A stretch of DNA of 32,000 nucleotides, from positions 180,001 through 212,000 of the forward strand of contig NZ_LN831039.1 in the NCBI RefSeq assembly GCF_001457595.1. The letters are read 5' to 3'. Source of the stretch: Mycolicibacterium smegmatis. GTDB taxonomy: Bacteria > Actinomycetota > Actinomycetes > Mycobacteriales > Mycobacteriaceae. Every line of letters begins with the position of its first letter. The stretch's first letter is position 1. Made by a program: the position numbers and the translations under genes. Below the pieces are notes generated by a model that was not told where the DNA came from, did not search any database, and was given only the letters and a program-made list of their open reading frames with translations. Shown here piece by piece: positions 19,634 to 28,274 of the stretch.

Positions 19634-22449
19634 CACTGCTCTCAGAACCCGATTTCGGTACACCCGCTAAGCCGGGACCGGCGACGGTCACCGTCGAGGT
19701 CGACGGCATCCCGGTGTCCGTCCCGGAAGGCACATCGGTGATGCGCGCGGCCGCCGAGGCGGGCATCGACGTACCCAAGTTGTGCGCGACCGACCGGCTC
19801 GACGCGTTCGGCTCGTGCCGGCTGTGCCTGGTCGAGATCGACGGCCGCCGTGGCACACCCGCGTCGTGCACCACGCCCGTGGCCGAGGGCATGGTGGTGC
19901 ACACCCAGACCCCCAAGGTCGCCAAGCTCCGCGAGAGCGTCATGGAGCTCTACATCTCCGACCACCCGCTGGACTGCCTGACCTGCCCGGCCAACGGCGA
20001 CTGCGAACTGCAGGACATGGCAGGCGTGGTCGGGTTGCGGCAGGTGCGCTACGGCTACGAGGGCGCCAACCACTTCGACGCCGAACCCGACCACAGCAAC
20101 CCGTATTTCGACTTCGACCCGTCCAAGTGCATCGCGTGCTCGCGGTGCGTGCGGGCGTGCGGCGAGATCCAGGGGACCTTCGCGCTCACCATCGAGGGCC
20201 GGGGCTTCGAGTCGAAGGTCTCTCCCGGTGCCGGCGAGCTGTTCATGGACTCCGAATGCGTGTCGTGCGGCGCCTGTGTGCAGGCGTGCCCGACGGCGAC
20301 GCTGCAGGAACGCTCCGTGGTGGAGCTCGGCATCCCCACCCGGTCGGTCACCACCACATGTGCGTACTGCGGCGTCGGTTGCTCGTTCAAGGCCGAACTG
20401 CGCGGTGACGAGCTGGTACGCATGGTGCCGCAGAAGGCCGGCGGCGCCAACGAGGGTCACTCATGTGTCAAGGGCCGCTTCGCGTTCGGGTATGCGACAC
20501 ACCCGGACCGTGTGCTGCGCCCGATGGTCCGCGACAAGATCACCGACCCGTGGCGCGAGGTCGAGTGGGACGAGGCGATCAACACCGTCGCGCGCGGCAT
20601 GCAGGAGATCTCGCAACGCCACGGCGCCGGCGCGATCGGCGCGATCACATCATCGCGGTGCACCAACGAAGAGGTGTACGTCGTCCAGAAGATGGTCCGC
20701 GCCGCATTCGGCAACAACAACGTCGACACGTGTGCCCGCGTGTGCCACTCACCCACGGGCTACGGCCTCAAGCAGACCTTCGGTGAATCCGCGGGCACGC
20801 AGGACTTCCGGTCGGTCGCCGAGGCCGACGTGATCGTGGTGATCGGCGCCAACCCGACCGACGGGCACCCGGTGTTCGCGTCGCGCATGAAGCAGCGGAT
20901 CCGGGAGGGGGCGCGGCTGGTGGTCGTCGACCCCCGCCGCATCGACCTGGTGCGCTCGCCACACATCGAGGCCGACCATCACCTGCAGTTGCGGCCGGGC
21001 ACCAACGTCGCGGTGGTCAATGCCATGGCACACGTGGTGGTGACCGAGGGTCTCACCGACGCGTCGTTCGTGGCCGAGCGGTGTGAGGGCTTCGAGGAGT
21101 GGGCCGAGTTCATCGCACGCGAGGAGAACAGCCCTGAGGCGGTCGAGGCGATCACGGGTGTGCCCGCAGAGGAACTGCGCGCCGCGGCCCGGCTGTACGC
21201 GCTGGCCCCGAACGCCGCGATCTACTACGGCCTCGGGGTGACCGAGCACAGCCAGGGCTCCACCATGGTGATGGGCATGGCGAACCTGGCGATGGCGTGC
21301 GGCAACATCGGCCGCGACGGCGTCGGGGTGAACCCGCTGCGCGGCCAGAACAACGTCCAGGGTTCGTGCGACATGGGTTCGTTCCCGCACGAGCTGCCCG
21401 GCTACCGGCACGTGTCCGACGACGCGGTCCGCCAGGTGTTCGAGAACCTGTGGGGCACCGAGCTGTTGGCCGAGCCGGGGCTGCGCATCCCCAACATGTT
21501 CGACGCCGCGATCGAGGGCAGCTTCCGTGGTCTGTTCGTGCACGGCGAGGACATCGCCCAGTCCGACCCGAACGTCAAGCACGTCCTCGCGGCGCTGGAG
21601 TCGATGGAACTCGTGGTGGTGCAGGACCTGTTCCTCAACGAGACGTCGAAGTACGCGCATGTGTTCCTGCCCGGTGCGTCGTTCCTGGAGAAGGACGGCA
21701 CCTTCACCAACGCCGAGCGCCGCATCAACCGCGTGCGTGCGGTGATGAAGCCCAAGAGCGGTATGCACGAGTGGGACATCGTCTGCCGGATCGCGACGGC
21801 GATGGGTTATCCCATGCACTACGACCACCCCAGCCAGATCATGGACGAGATCGCCGCGCTCACACCCACGTTCACGGGTGTGTCGTTCGACAAGCTGGAC
21901 CAGCTGGGCAGCATCCAGTGGCCGTGTGACGAAGAGGCTCCCGAGGGCACGCCCATCATGCACGTCGACGCGTTCACCAGGGGACTCGGCAGGTTCGTGC
22001 CCACGCCGTTCGTGCCGACCGACGAGCGCAGCACCAGGCGGTTCCCGCTGATCCTCACCACGGGCCGAATCCTCAGTCAGTACAACGTCGGAGCGCAGAC
22101 CCGCCGTACGGCGAACATCGCCTGGCATGCCGAGGACGTGCTGGAGATCCATCCGCACGACGCCGAGGTGCGCGGGATCGCCGACGGTGATCTGGTCACC
22201 CTGGCCAGCCGTGTCGGGGAGACCACGCTGCACGCGCAGATCTCCGACCGGATGCCGACCGGCGTCGTCTACACCACGTTCCACTATCCCGTAACGGGGG
22301 CGAACGTCGTGACCACGGACAGCTCCGACTGGGCCACGAACTGCCCCGAGTACAAGGTGACCGCCGTGCAGGTCGCCCTCGCGCCTCCTTCGGCCCGCCA
22401 GGCCGAAGCCAGGGTCGATGAACTCCCCGAGACAGAACTGGTGAGGTGA
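19630..22449 (+). CDS. fdsA: Molybdenum/tungsten-dependent formate dehydrogenase alpha subunit with NuoG-like Fe-S N-terminus
   Basis: CRLCLVEIDGRRGTPASCTTP; HPLDCLTCPANGDCELQ; CIACSRCVRACGEIQG; CVSCGACVQACPTATL; CAYCGVGCSF; DTCARVCHSPTGYGLKQTFGESAGTQDF; GQNNVQGSCDMG. ATGA overlap with fdsB. Confidence 0.96.
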   Translation: MTLLSEPDFGTPAKPGPATVTVEVDGIPVSVPEGTSVMRAAAEAGIDVPKLCATDRLDAFGSCRLCLVEIDGRRGTPASCTTPVAEGMVVHTQTPKVAKLRESVMELYISDHPLDCLTCPANGDCELQDMAGVVGLRQVRYGYEGANHFDAEPDHSNPYFDFDPSKCIACSRCVRACGEIQGTFALTIEGRGFESKVSPGAGELFMDSECVSCGACVQACPTATLQERSVVELGIPTRSVTTTCAYCGVGCSFKAELRGDELVRMVPQKAGGANEGHSCVKGRFAFGYATHPDRVLRPMVRDKITDPWREVEWDEAINTVARGMQEISQRHGAGAIGAITSSRCTNEEVYVVQKMVRAAFGNNNVDTCARVCHSPTGYGLKQTFGESAGTQDFRSVAEADVIVVIGANPTDGHPVFASRMKQRIREGARLVVVDPRRIDLVRSPHIEADHHLQLRPGTNVAVVNAMAHVVVTEGLTDASFVAERCEGFEEWAEFIAREENSPEAVEAITGVPAEELRAAARLYALAPNAAIYYGLGVTEHSQGSTMVMGMANLAMACGNIGRDGVGVNPLRGQNNVQGSCDMGSFPHELPGYRHVSDDAVRQVFENLWGTELLAEPGLRIPNMFDAAIEGSFRGLFVHGEDIAQSDPNVKHVLAALESMELVVVQDLFLNETSKYAHVFLPGASFLEKDGTFTNAERRINRVRAVMKPKSGMHEWDIVCRIATAMGYPMHYDHPSQIMDEIAALTPTFTGVSFDKLDQLGSIQWPCDEEAPEGTPIMHVDAFTRGLGRFVPTPFVPTDERSTRRFPLILTTGRILSQYNVGAQTRRTANIAWHAEDVLEIHPHDAEVRGIADGDLVTLASRVGETTLHAQISDRMPTGVVYTTFHYPVTGANVVTTDSSDWATNCPEYKVTAVQVALAPPSARQAEARVDELPETELVR

Positions 22450-22450
22450 C

Positions 22451-22675
22451 ATGCAGATTCACGAAGCCCCCACGACGGCGACCGAGATCAAGCTGATCAA
22501 CCAGATCGCCGCACACTTCGGTTACCTGCCCGAGGACAAGGCGGCCGCGGCCGTGGCCGACCACGTCCGGCGGTTCTGGGAGCCACGGATGCAGCGCAGG
22601 CTGTTCAGCCTGATCTACGCCGACGCCAGCGAGCTCACACCGGTGGCCATGGCTGCCGCATCGCAGTTACGCTGA
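22451..22675 (+). CDS. fdsD: Formate dehydrogenase delta subunit
   Basis: 74 aa: IKLINQIAAHFGYLPEDKAAAAVADHVRRFWEPRMQRRLFSLI; immediately after fdsA. Confidence 0.85.
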   Translation: MQIHEAPTTATEIKLINQIAAHFGYLPEDKAAAAVADHVRRFWEPRMQRRLFSLIYADASELTPVAMAAASQLR

Positions 22676-22686
22676 CCCGCAACGAC

Positions 22687-22727
22687 TTTGGCCTGGGCCC
22701 CGGAGAGGGGCCCAGGCCAAATCTTTT
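22687..22727. terminator. Strong rho-independent terminator after fdsGBAD
   Basis: TTTGGCCTGGGCCCC-ggaga-GGGGCCCAGGCCAAA (15-bp perfect stem, 22687-22701/22707-22721) followed by tctttt. Confidence 0.93.
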
Positions 22728-22737
22728 GTCCGGTGTG

Positions 22738-23049
22738 TCAGGCGTGGCGGCGTACGCCCGCGATGCCCTCGTGGTCGACGTCGCGCCAGAAGTCGATGCC
22801 GTAGTCGGAGTCCGGGATCTGGATCTTCTCGACCGCGGCGGCAGACGAGCGGACACCCGCTGGTGCCAGCTCGGCGAGGTCGATCTTGAGCCTTTCGATG
22901 CCGTTGCGGATGCGCTCGACGTCGTTGACCACGCGGTGTACGGCCGGGACGCGGCCATGGGTCACCTCAAGCGCACTCACGTGGTGCATGAGGTTGTCGA
23001 TCAGCCGGTGCAGGCTGTCTACTGCGGGGTTTCCGGCGAAGCTGGTCAT
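22738..23049 (-). CDS. Small conserved-looking protein of unknown function (103 aa)
   Basis: MTSFAGNPAVDSLHRLIDNLMHHVSALEVTHGRVPAVHRVVNDVERIRNGIERLKIDLAELAP...YGIDFWRDVDHEGIAGVRRHA*. Same strand, 45 bp downstream of the MFS gene; upstream ccttgaaaggggttg gives an RBS-like stretch on the minus strand. Confidence 0.65.
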   Translation of the reverse strand: MTSFAGNPAVDSLHRLIDNLMHHVSALEVTHGRVPAVHRVVNDVERIRNGIERLKIDLAELAPAGVRSSAAAVEKIQIPDSDYGIDFWRDVDHEGIAGVRRHA

Positions 23050-23094
23050 GGCTCTCCTTGAAAGGGGTTGTCAGGGTTTACAGGTGGACGAAGA

Positions 23095-24438
23095 TCAGCG
23101 CGGCAGTGCGACGATCGGAAAACCGGGGAGGTGCAGCAGCCGCGTCATCGCGGCGGCACCGAGACTGAGCAGTCCCGCCACCACGAACGGGTTCATGAGG
23201 TGTGAGCTGATCAGCAGCGCGGGCACGCCGACGCCGATCAGGCCGCCGAACAGCTTGGCGCTGTAGACCAGGCTGAAATTGCGCACGGCGTTGGGCTCAC
23301 CGAAGTAGTCCGCGACCAGGCTCGCGATCAGCGGGTAGAACGCGCCTCCGGACAATCCGCTGAGCCCGGCGAAGACGACGAAGGCGACGGGTACTGCAGA
23401 AGACGCCGAGTAGACGAGGCCGAGTTGGGCGCAGCCCTGGATCAACAGCGCGGCGCTGAGCACCTGCCTGCGCCCCAGGCGGTCCGAGGCCCACCCGGCG
23501 ATGCTGCGGCCCGTGCCGTTGACCACCGCGAGCAGACCGACGGCCAGTGCCGCGACCGCGAGCGAAAAGCCCTGTGAGATCGCCATTATCGGCACGTAGA
23601 CGATGGCCAGCAGCGCGGCCGCCGCCGCGATGACCATGATCAGGTACATCACCACGAACGCGGGTGTGCGCGCGGCTTCTGCCGGTGAGAACTGCCGGAT
23701 CGCGGTTACGTTGTGGCGCAGGCTGCGGTTGAGCGTCTTGTCGAAGGCCCACTGCCGCGGGTCGACGTGGGCGGGCCACCAGCCCGCGGGCGGGTCCTTC
23801 AGCAGCGAGCCGACTTGGGCGACGACGACGAGGACGATGACCGCGACCGCCGTGAAAAGCGCTGTGCGCGTGGTCGATGTCAGGGTGAGCGCGAAAGCTG
23901 CGATGAACGGCACTGCACCGCAGCCGACCGCACCGGTGACCAGCCCGATCCTGGCCGCACGGTTCTCCGGGTACCACTTGGCGACGGTGGCCGTGCAGGT
24001 GGCGTAGACGATGCCCGCGCCGGTTCCGGACAGCACCGAGTAGCCCAGGATCGCCAGCGCGATGTTGTCGGTGTGGGCGACGGTCAGGGGGCCTGCCGCG
24101 CACAGGGCCGCGCCGATCGGGACCGCGCGGGAGGGGGACAGCGCGAACCGGTGGCTGAGCACCGCGGTCGGGGCGGCGGCCCCGGCCTGGAACACGACCC
24201 ACAGCGCGAGCACCCACAGCGCTGCGGTGAGGCTGCGGCCCTCGGTGACGTGCAGTGCGGTGAGCGCGACCCCGTAGCCGTACTGCAGTACACCGATGCC
24301 TGCCATGGCGATCCAGGAGAACGCCAGCATCCACGCTCTCGAGCAGCCGATGAGGTCCTGCGGATCTTCACCTACTCGGTACGTGCGACCTCGCAGGTCG
24401 CGTACCACGACCGGTGCCGCGGTGTCGTTGGCTGCCAT
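23095..24438 (-). CDS. MFS transporter, OxlT/OFA-like (oxalate/formate antiporter family), paralog 1 (most divergent)
   Basis: VVVRDLRGRTYRVGEDPQDLIGCSRAWMLAF; GTGAGIVYATCTATVAKWYPENRAARIGLVTG; LKDPPAGWWPAHVDP; NGTGRSIAGWASDRLGRR; ADYFGEPNAVRNFSLVYSAKLFGG. Confidence 0.85.
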   Translation of the reverse strand: MAANDTAAPVVVRDLRGRTYRVGEDPQDLIGCSRAWMLAFSWIAMAGIGVLQYGYGVALTALHVTEGRSLTAALWVLALWVVFQAGAAAPTAVLSHRFALSPSRAVPIGAALCAAGPLTVAHTDNIALAILGYSVLSGTGAGIVYATCTATVAKWYPENRAARIGLVTGAVGCGAVPFIAAFALTLTSTTRTALFTAVAVIVLVVVAQVGSLLKDPPAGWWPAHVDPRQWAFDKTLNRSLRHNVTAIRQFSPAEAARTPAFVVMYLIMVIAAAAALLAIVYVPIMAISQGFSLAVAALAVGLLAVVNGTGRSIAGWASDRLGRRQVLSAALLIQGCAQLGLVYSASSAVPVAFVVFAGLSGLSGGAFYPLIASLVADYFGEPNAVRNFSLVYSAKLFGGLIGVGVPALLISSHLMNPFVVAGLLSLGAAAMTRLLHLPGFPIVALPR

Positions 24439-24453
24439 AATCCTGCTCCTAAT

Positions 24454-24468
24454 TGCATACCGTATGCA
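24454..24468. promoter_or_regulatory. Putative operator, perfect 15-bp palindrome TGCATACCGTATGCA
   Basis: 7-1-7 perfect inverted repeat ending 15 nt upstream of the MFS paralog 1 start codon. Confidence 0.75.
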
Positions 24469-24584
24469 CAAGACTAAGTGACCTGGGTCACGTTGTCCAC
24501 AGGGGCAGCCAGATTCATGTGGTGTCCAGGTAACTCCAAGGACAGTTCGCTGAGCGGCGCGCTGACCATATCCGGAGTTACAGT

Positions 24585-24597
24585 GAATACAACATAC
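24585..24597. promoter_or_regulatory. Putative degenerate operator GAATACAACATAC
   Basis: Abuts the aaaggag RBS of fdhD (ATG at 24612); layout nearly matches the LysR upstream site. Confidence 0.45.
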
Positions 24598-24611
24598 AAA
24601 AGGAGTGTCAG

Positions 24612-25454
24612 ATGGGCCGCGTGACGAACAGGTACCGGGTTGTGCGACTCGCCGAGGGCGGCGCGGCCGAACGGCCGGACACCCTGGCCGCGGAGGAACC
24701 GCTCGAGATCCGCGTCGCCGGGCGCCCGTTGACGGTCACCATGCGCACGCCGGGGAACGATTTCGACCTCGCGCGGGGATTCCTGGTCAGTGAGGGCGTG
24801 GTCGCGCGGGCCGGCGACATCGCCGGGATCCGGTACTGCGCAGGGGCCACGCGCGACGGTTCCAACACCTACAACGTGCTCGACGTCGTGCTCGCCGAAG
24901 GTGTCACGGCGCCCGACGCGTCGCTGGAACGCAACTTCTACACGACGAGCTCGTGCGGCGTGTGCGGCAAGGCGAGCTTGGAGGCCGTGCGCACCGTCAG
25001 TTCGTGGACCGTAGGCGACGATCCGGTCGAGTTGTCCGCCGCCACCATCGTCACGATGCCCGACCAGCTCAGGGCCGCACAGCGGGTCTTCGACCGCACG
25101 GGTGGGTTGCACGCCGCGGCCCTGTTCGACGTCGACGGCGAACTGCTCTGCGTGCGTGAGGATGTCGGGCGGCACAACGCGGTCGACAAGGTGATCGGAT
25201 GGGCGCTGGACGGCGACCGGTTGCCACTGCGCGGCACGGTGCTGATGGTCAGCGGCCGCGCGTCGTTCGAGCTCGTCCAGAAGGCCGTGATGGCCGGGAT
25301 TCCGGCCATGGCCGCGGTGTCGGCGCCGTCGTCACTGGCGGTCGACCTGGCCAGGGAGATGGGTCTGACGCTTGTGGGTTTCCTGCGCGGCGCGACCATG
25401 AACATCTACGCCGGGGCCGAGCGGATCAGCGACGACCGCTTCGCGACGGTCTAA
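24612..25454 (+). CDS. fdhD: Formate dehydrogenase accessory sulfurtransferase FdhD
   Basis: [35 protein letters not shown]; [17 protein letters not shown]; [33 protein letters not shown]; [37 protein letters not shown]. Confidence 0.96.
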   Translation: MGRVTNRYRVVRLAEGGAAERPDTLAAEEPLEIRVAGRPLTVTMRTPGNDFDLARGFLVSEGVVARAGDIAGIRYCAGATRDGSNTYNVLDVVLAEGVTAPDASLERNFYTTSSCGVCGKASLEAVRTVSSWTVGDDPVELSAATIVTMPDQLRAAQRVFDRTGGLHAAALFDVDGELLCVREDVGRHNAVDKVIGWALDGDRLPLRGTVLMVSGRASFELVQKAVMAGIPAMAAVSAPSSLAVDLAREMGLTLVGFLRGATMNIYAGAERISDDRFATV

Positions 25455-25455
25455 T

Positions 25456-25498
25456 CCGCCCGGGCCTGGATGTAAGGCCCGATGTCAGGCCTGGGCGG
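25456..25498. terminator. Bidirectional hairpin between convergent fdhD and gntR
   Basis: CCGCCCGGGCCTG (25456-25468) / CAGGCCTGGGCGG (25486-25498), 13-bp stem with one G-U pair; overlaps the gntR stop codon region. Confidence 0.65.
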
Positions 25499-26213
25499 CC
25501 TTGGCCATGCGCTCCTCGTGGTAGGTCTGCCGCGTGCGGTCGGTGTGCCGCCGCATGATGTCGGTCGCCTGTTCCACGTCATGGGCCGCGATCGCCTTGA
25601 TCAGTTCGGCGTGCTCGGACCACGCATCGTGTCCGCGCGGGCGTGCGATGGGCAGGTAGTACCAGCGCCACTTACGTTCGACGAGGCTGATGTGGTCGGC
25701 GAGCACCTGGTTCCCGGCCAGCTCGGTGATCGCGGCGTGCAGCGCCGCGTTGGCCTCCACCAGGCCCTCGGAATTGTTGGTGGTGAGTGCGTTGAGCCCG
25801 TCCTGCTGAAGCTCCCACAACCGGTTCACGTCCTCGGGTGTCGCGCGTTCGGCGGCCAGGGCGGCCGAGTAGGTCTCAAGGACCGTGCGGACCCCGAGCA
25901 GCTGGTCCACCTCCTCCTCGGAGGGGACGTGGACGAACGCGCCCTGGGCCGGGCGGAGTTCGATCCAGCCGTCGGTCTGCAGGCGCTGCAGCGCCTCGCG
26001 GACGGGCTGGCGGCTGACGCCCAGGTATTCGGCGAGCTCGGCCTCCACGAGGTGCTGGCCGCGCTGCAGGGTGCCCTGGATGATCATCTCGATGATCGCG
26101 TCGTATACGGCCTGGCGTAGGGGAGCGGGCCGTACGACGCGAGGTGCGGCGTCGCCCAGCATGTTTGACGGCGACGCCTTCTTGGGTTTGCCGGCGGGAT
26201 ACGGACGGGACAT
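25485..26213 (-). CDS. GntR family transcriptional regulator, FadR/FCD subfamily
   Basis: PLRQAVYDAIIEMIIQGTLQRGQHLVEAELAEYLGVSRQPVREALQRLQTDGWIELRPAQGAFVHVPSEEEVDQLLGVRTVLE; FCD C-terminus NAALHAAITELAGNQVLADHISLVERKWRWYYLPI...HAELIKAIAAHDVEQATDIMRRHTDRTRQTYHEE. The 623-aa ORF reported for this frame runs upstream antisense to the MFS gene; the real start is MSRPYPAGKPKK. Confidence 0.93.
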   Translation of the reverse strand: MSRPYPAGKPKKASPSNMLGDAAPRVVRPAPLRQAVYDAIIEMIIQGTLQRGQHLVEAELAEYLGVSRQPVREALQRLQTDGWIELRPAQGAFVHVPSEEEVDQLLGVRTVLETYSAALAAERATPEDVNRLWELQQDGLNALTTNNSEGLVEANAALHAAITELAGNQVLADHISLVERKWRWYYLPIARPRGHDAWSEHAELIKAIAAHDVEQATDIMRRHTDRTRQTYHEERMAKAAQA

Positions 26214-26262
26214 GGCTGGCGGCTCCTTAGCCTCTGAGGTTGCTCCAAGCTTACCGGTTTTT

Positions 26263-26272
26263 GGTATGCAAT
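26263..26272. promoter_or_regulatory. Putative operator half-site GGTATGCAAT upstream of gntR
   Basis: ttGGTATGCAAt, same core as the palindromic sites; ~50 bp upstream of the gntR start. Confidence 0.45.
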
Positions 26273-26344
26273 GAACCGTGACCCTCTGAATGTCTGCGGC
26301 GCGTCGTCGCACTTGGTGGGGTACCTCGTACGCACAGAAAACAA

Positions 26345-26383
26345 CCCCGGGCGCGGCGGTCATGTGACTCACCGCGCCCGGGG
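26345..26383 (-). terminator. Terminator for the minus-strand MFS gene
   Basis: CCCCGGGCGCGG (26345-26356) / CCGCGCCCGGGG (26372-26383), perfect 12-bp stem, followed on the minus strand by TTGTTTTCTG. Confidence 0.88.
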
Positions 26384-26413
26384 CCGTTTCAACTGTGGTG
26401 TCGCGCCTGGCCT

Positions 26414-27817
26414 CTAGTCGGCCGCCAGCGACGCCTCCTTTGCCTGGCTGGAGTGCCGAGCCGGATCCTCGGCGGCCAGCCGCTCGGATTTCGGCAGCTT
26501 CGGCTGCTTCAGCAGCAGGGTGAGGAAGGCGCACGCGACGCCCACCGAACCGGCGATGATGAACGCCGCACCGTAACCCCAGGCGCTCACCACGACCGAA
26601 CCCATACCGGCACCCACCAGACCCGAGACCAGCTTGGAGCTGTACACCAGGCCGTAGTTGGTGGCGTTGTTGTTCTCGCCGAAGTAGTCGGCGGTCATCG
26701 CCGCGAACAGCGGGAAGATCGCGCCGCCACCGAAGCCCGAGACCATCGAGGCCAGCAGGAACAGCGGCATGTTGCCGATGGATCCCGAGAAGTACACCGC
26801 GTACTGCGCCAGGCCGAGCACCAGACACACCAGGATCAGCGTGTCGCGGCGGCCGAAGCGGTCGGAGATCCAGCCGATCACGCCGCGGCCGGTGCCGTTG
26901 ATGATGGCCTTGAGGCTCATCGCCAGGGCCACGATGCCGCCTGCGAAGCCCATCTCCTTGCCGAAGGGCACCTGCATGGCGATGCCGAAGATGTTGATGC
27001 CCGCCGTGCACAGCAGGACGAACCACATCAGGGGCAGGATGCCGGTCTTGATGGCCTCCATCGGCGTGAACTGCTTGACGGCCGGCGGGTTCTTGCGCAG
27101 GGCCCGTGCGATGCGCGGGTCGGACGCGGCGCCCAGCGGGTCGACATGCGGCGGCCACCAGTTCTTCGGCGGGTCCTTGAAGAAGAAGCCGCTCACGGCC
27201 ACCAGGCCGGCCAGGAAGACGCCTACCGCGAACAGGACTCCCTGGTAGTTGGCGAGATCCATGTACGACGTGAAGATGAAGATGAAGGGCACCGAGCCGT
27301 AGGCGAAGCCGCCGTTGACGAAGCCGGTCTTGCCGCCTTTGCGTTCGGGATACCACTTACCCACCATGTTCACGCAGGTGGCGTATACGAAGCCGGCCGC
27401 GCCGCCACCGAAGAAGCTGAATCCGAGGTAGGCGAAGAACACGTTCGGCGAGTAGGCCAGCGCCAGGTAACCCATCAGGGATCCCGCCGCACCGAGCATC
27501 ATGGCCGCGCGTGCCGACAGCTTGCCGCTCTCGCGGAGCTTGCCTGCCGGGAAGGCGACCGCGGCCTGGAAGAGGACCCAGGCGCCCAGCAGCCAGAAGA
27601 TGTGCGAGCCATGCCAGCCGTGTGCGTCGGCCAGCGTGTCCTCGGCGGAAGTGAAGGCGTACTCCGAGGAGCTGATCGCCATCATCGAGATCCACGGCAG
27701 CCAGACCATCCAGGCCCGGGAGCGTCCCAGGATGTCGCGATCGGTCTCGCCGATCCGGTACACCCGGCCGTTGTCGTCGACCACCTCGCGGTAGGTCGGC
27801 TGAGCTGAAGAGGTCAT
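26414..27817 (-). CDS. MFS transporter, OxlT/OFA-like, paralog 2
   Basis: 467 aa: YREVVDDNGRVYRIGETDRDILGRSRAWMVWLPWISMMAISSSEYAF; GGFAYGSVPFIFIFTSYMDLA; FKDPPKNWWPPHVDPL; NGTGRGVIGWISDRFGRRDT; ADYFGENNNATNYGLVYSSKLVSG. Confidence 0.9.
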   Translation of the reverse strand: MTSSAQPTYREVVDDNGRVYRIGETDRDILGRSRAWMVWLPWISMMAISSSEYAFTSAEDTLADAHGWHGSHIFWLLGAWVLFQAAVAFPAGKLRESGKLSARAAMMLGAAGSLMGYLALAYSPNVFFAYLGFSFFGGGAAGFVYATCVNMVGKWYPERKGGKTGFVNGGFAYGSVPFIFIFTSYMDLANYQGVLFAVGVFLAGLVAVSGFFFKDPPKNWWPPHVDPLGAASDPRIARALRKNPPAVKQFTPMEAIKTGILPLMWFVLLCTAGINIFGIAMQVPFGKEMGFAGGIVALAMSLKAIINGTGRGVIGWISDRFGRRDTLILVCLVLGLAQYAVYFSGSIGNMPLFLLASMVSGFGGGAIFPLFAAMTADYFGENNNATNYGLVYSSKLVSGLVGAGMGSVVVSAWGYGAAFIIAGSVGVACAFLTLLLKQPKLPKSERLAAEDPARHSSQAKEASLAAD

Positions 27818-27877
27818 GCGCGCCGAACCTCTCGATCAGGGGTCGGCCGGCAGGGGCCTGACCTGTGGATTCTGGAT

Positions 27878-27888
27878 ATTGCATACAG
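27878..27888. promoter_or_regulatory. Putative operator half-site ATTGCATACAG
   Basis: Upstream of the MFS paralog 2 start (27817). Confidence 0.45.
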
Positions 27889-27948
27889 ATTCATGTCGGG
27901 TAACCAATCGATCAGTGGGGCAACACGTGACGACGATCACATCGCAAG

Positions 27949-27961
27949 GTATACGACATAC
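27949..27961. promoter_or_regulatory. Putative degenerate operator GTATACGACATAC
   Basis: Within aagGTATACGACATACaaat in the divergent MFS2/Frc-like intergenic region. Confidence 0.4.
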
Positions 27962-28261
27962 AAATCTGTGCGCAAGGTCAAATCGCGCTGTGAATCCGCT
28001 GGAGGTTCCGGATCGTCGACTTGACGCGCGTCCAAAAGCCTGTGACCTCAGCAGATGCAAACCTTGAAAAATGCTGTGAATGAAGAATATTCGTCCTTGC
28101 GGAGGAAACCAAGAGGGTTGGATGGACGCAGAGGGTGTCGCTGTGGGCAACCTGTGAATGCGCTGGGCCGATGCGTCGGAGCGTCCCCGGAATTGGCCGT
28201 CACATAGATCTCTCCGAACTCTGGACAAGCCTGTGTTACGTGGGACACACTTTCGATGAAC

Positions 28262-28274
28262 GCATACGGTATGC
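28262..28274. promoter_or_regulatory. Putative operator, perfect palindrome GCATACGGTATGC
   Basis: 6-1-6 perfect inverted repeat upstream of the second Frc-like gene. Confidence 0.72.

Noticed and set aside
20725-20770. Possible selenocysteine formate dehydrogenase
   Set aside because: The active-site codon in ARVCHSP is tgc (Cys), with no in-frame TGA or SECIS-like need.
20749-22452. 567-aa minus-strand ORF antisense to fdsA
   Set aside because: Mirror-frame artefact of a strongly coding GC-rich gene; fdsA motifs are unambiguous on the plus strand.
26214-27356. N-terminal 381 residues of the 623-aa ORF containing GntR
   Set aside because: This part is antisense to MFS paralog 2 and crosses its terminator; the GntR homology starts after MSRPYPAGKPKK at 26213.
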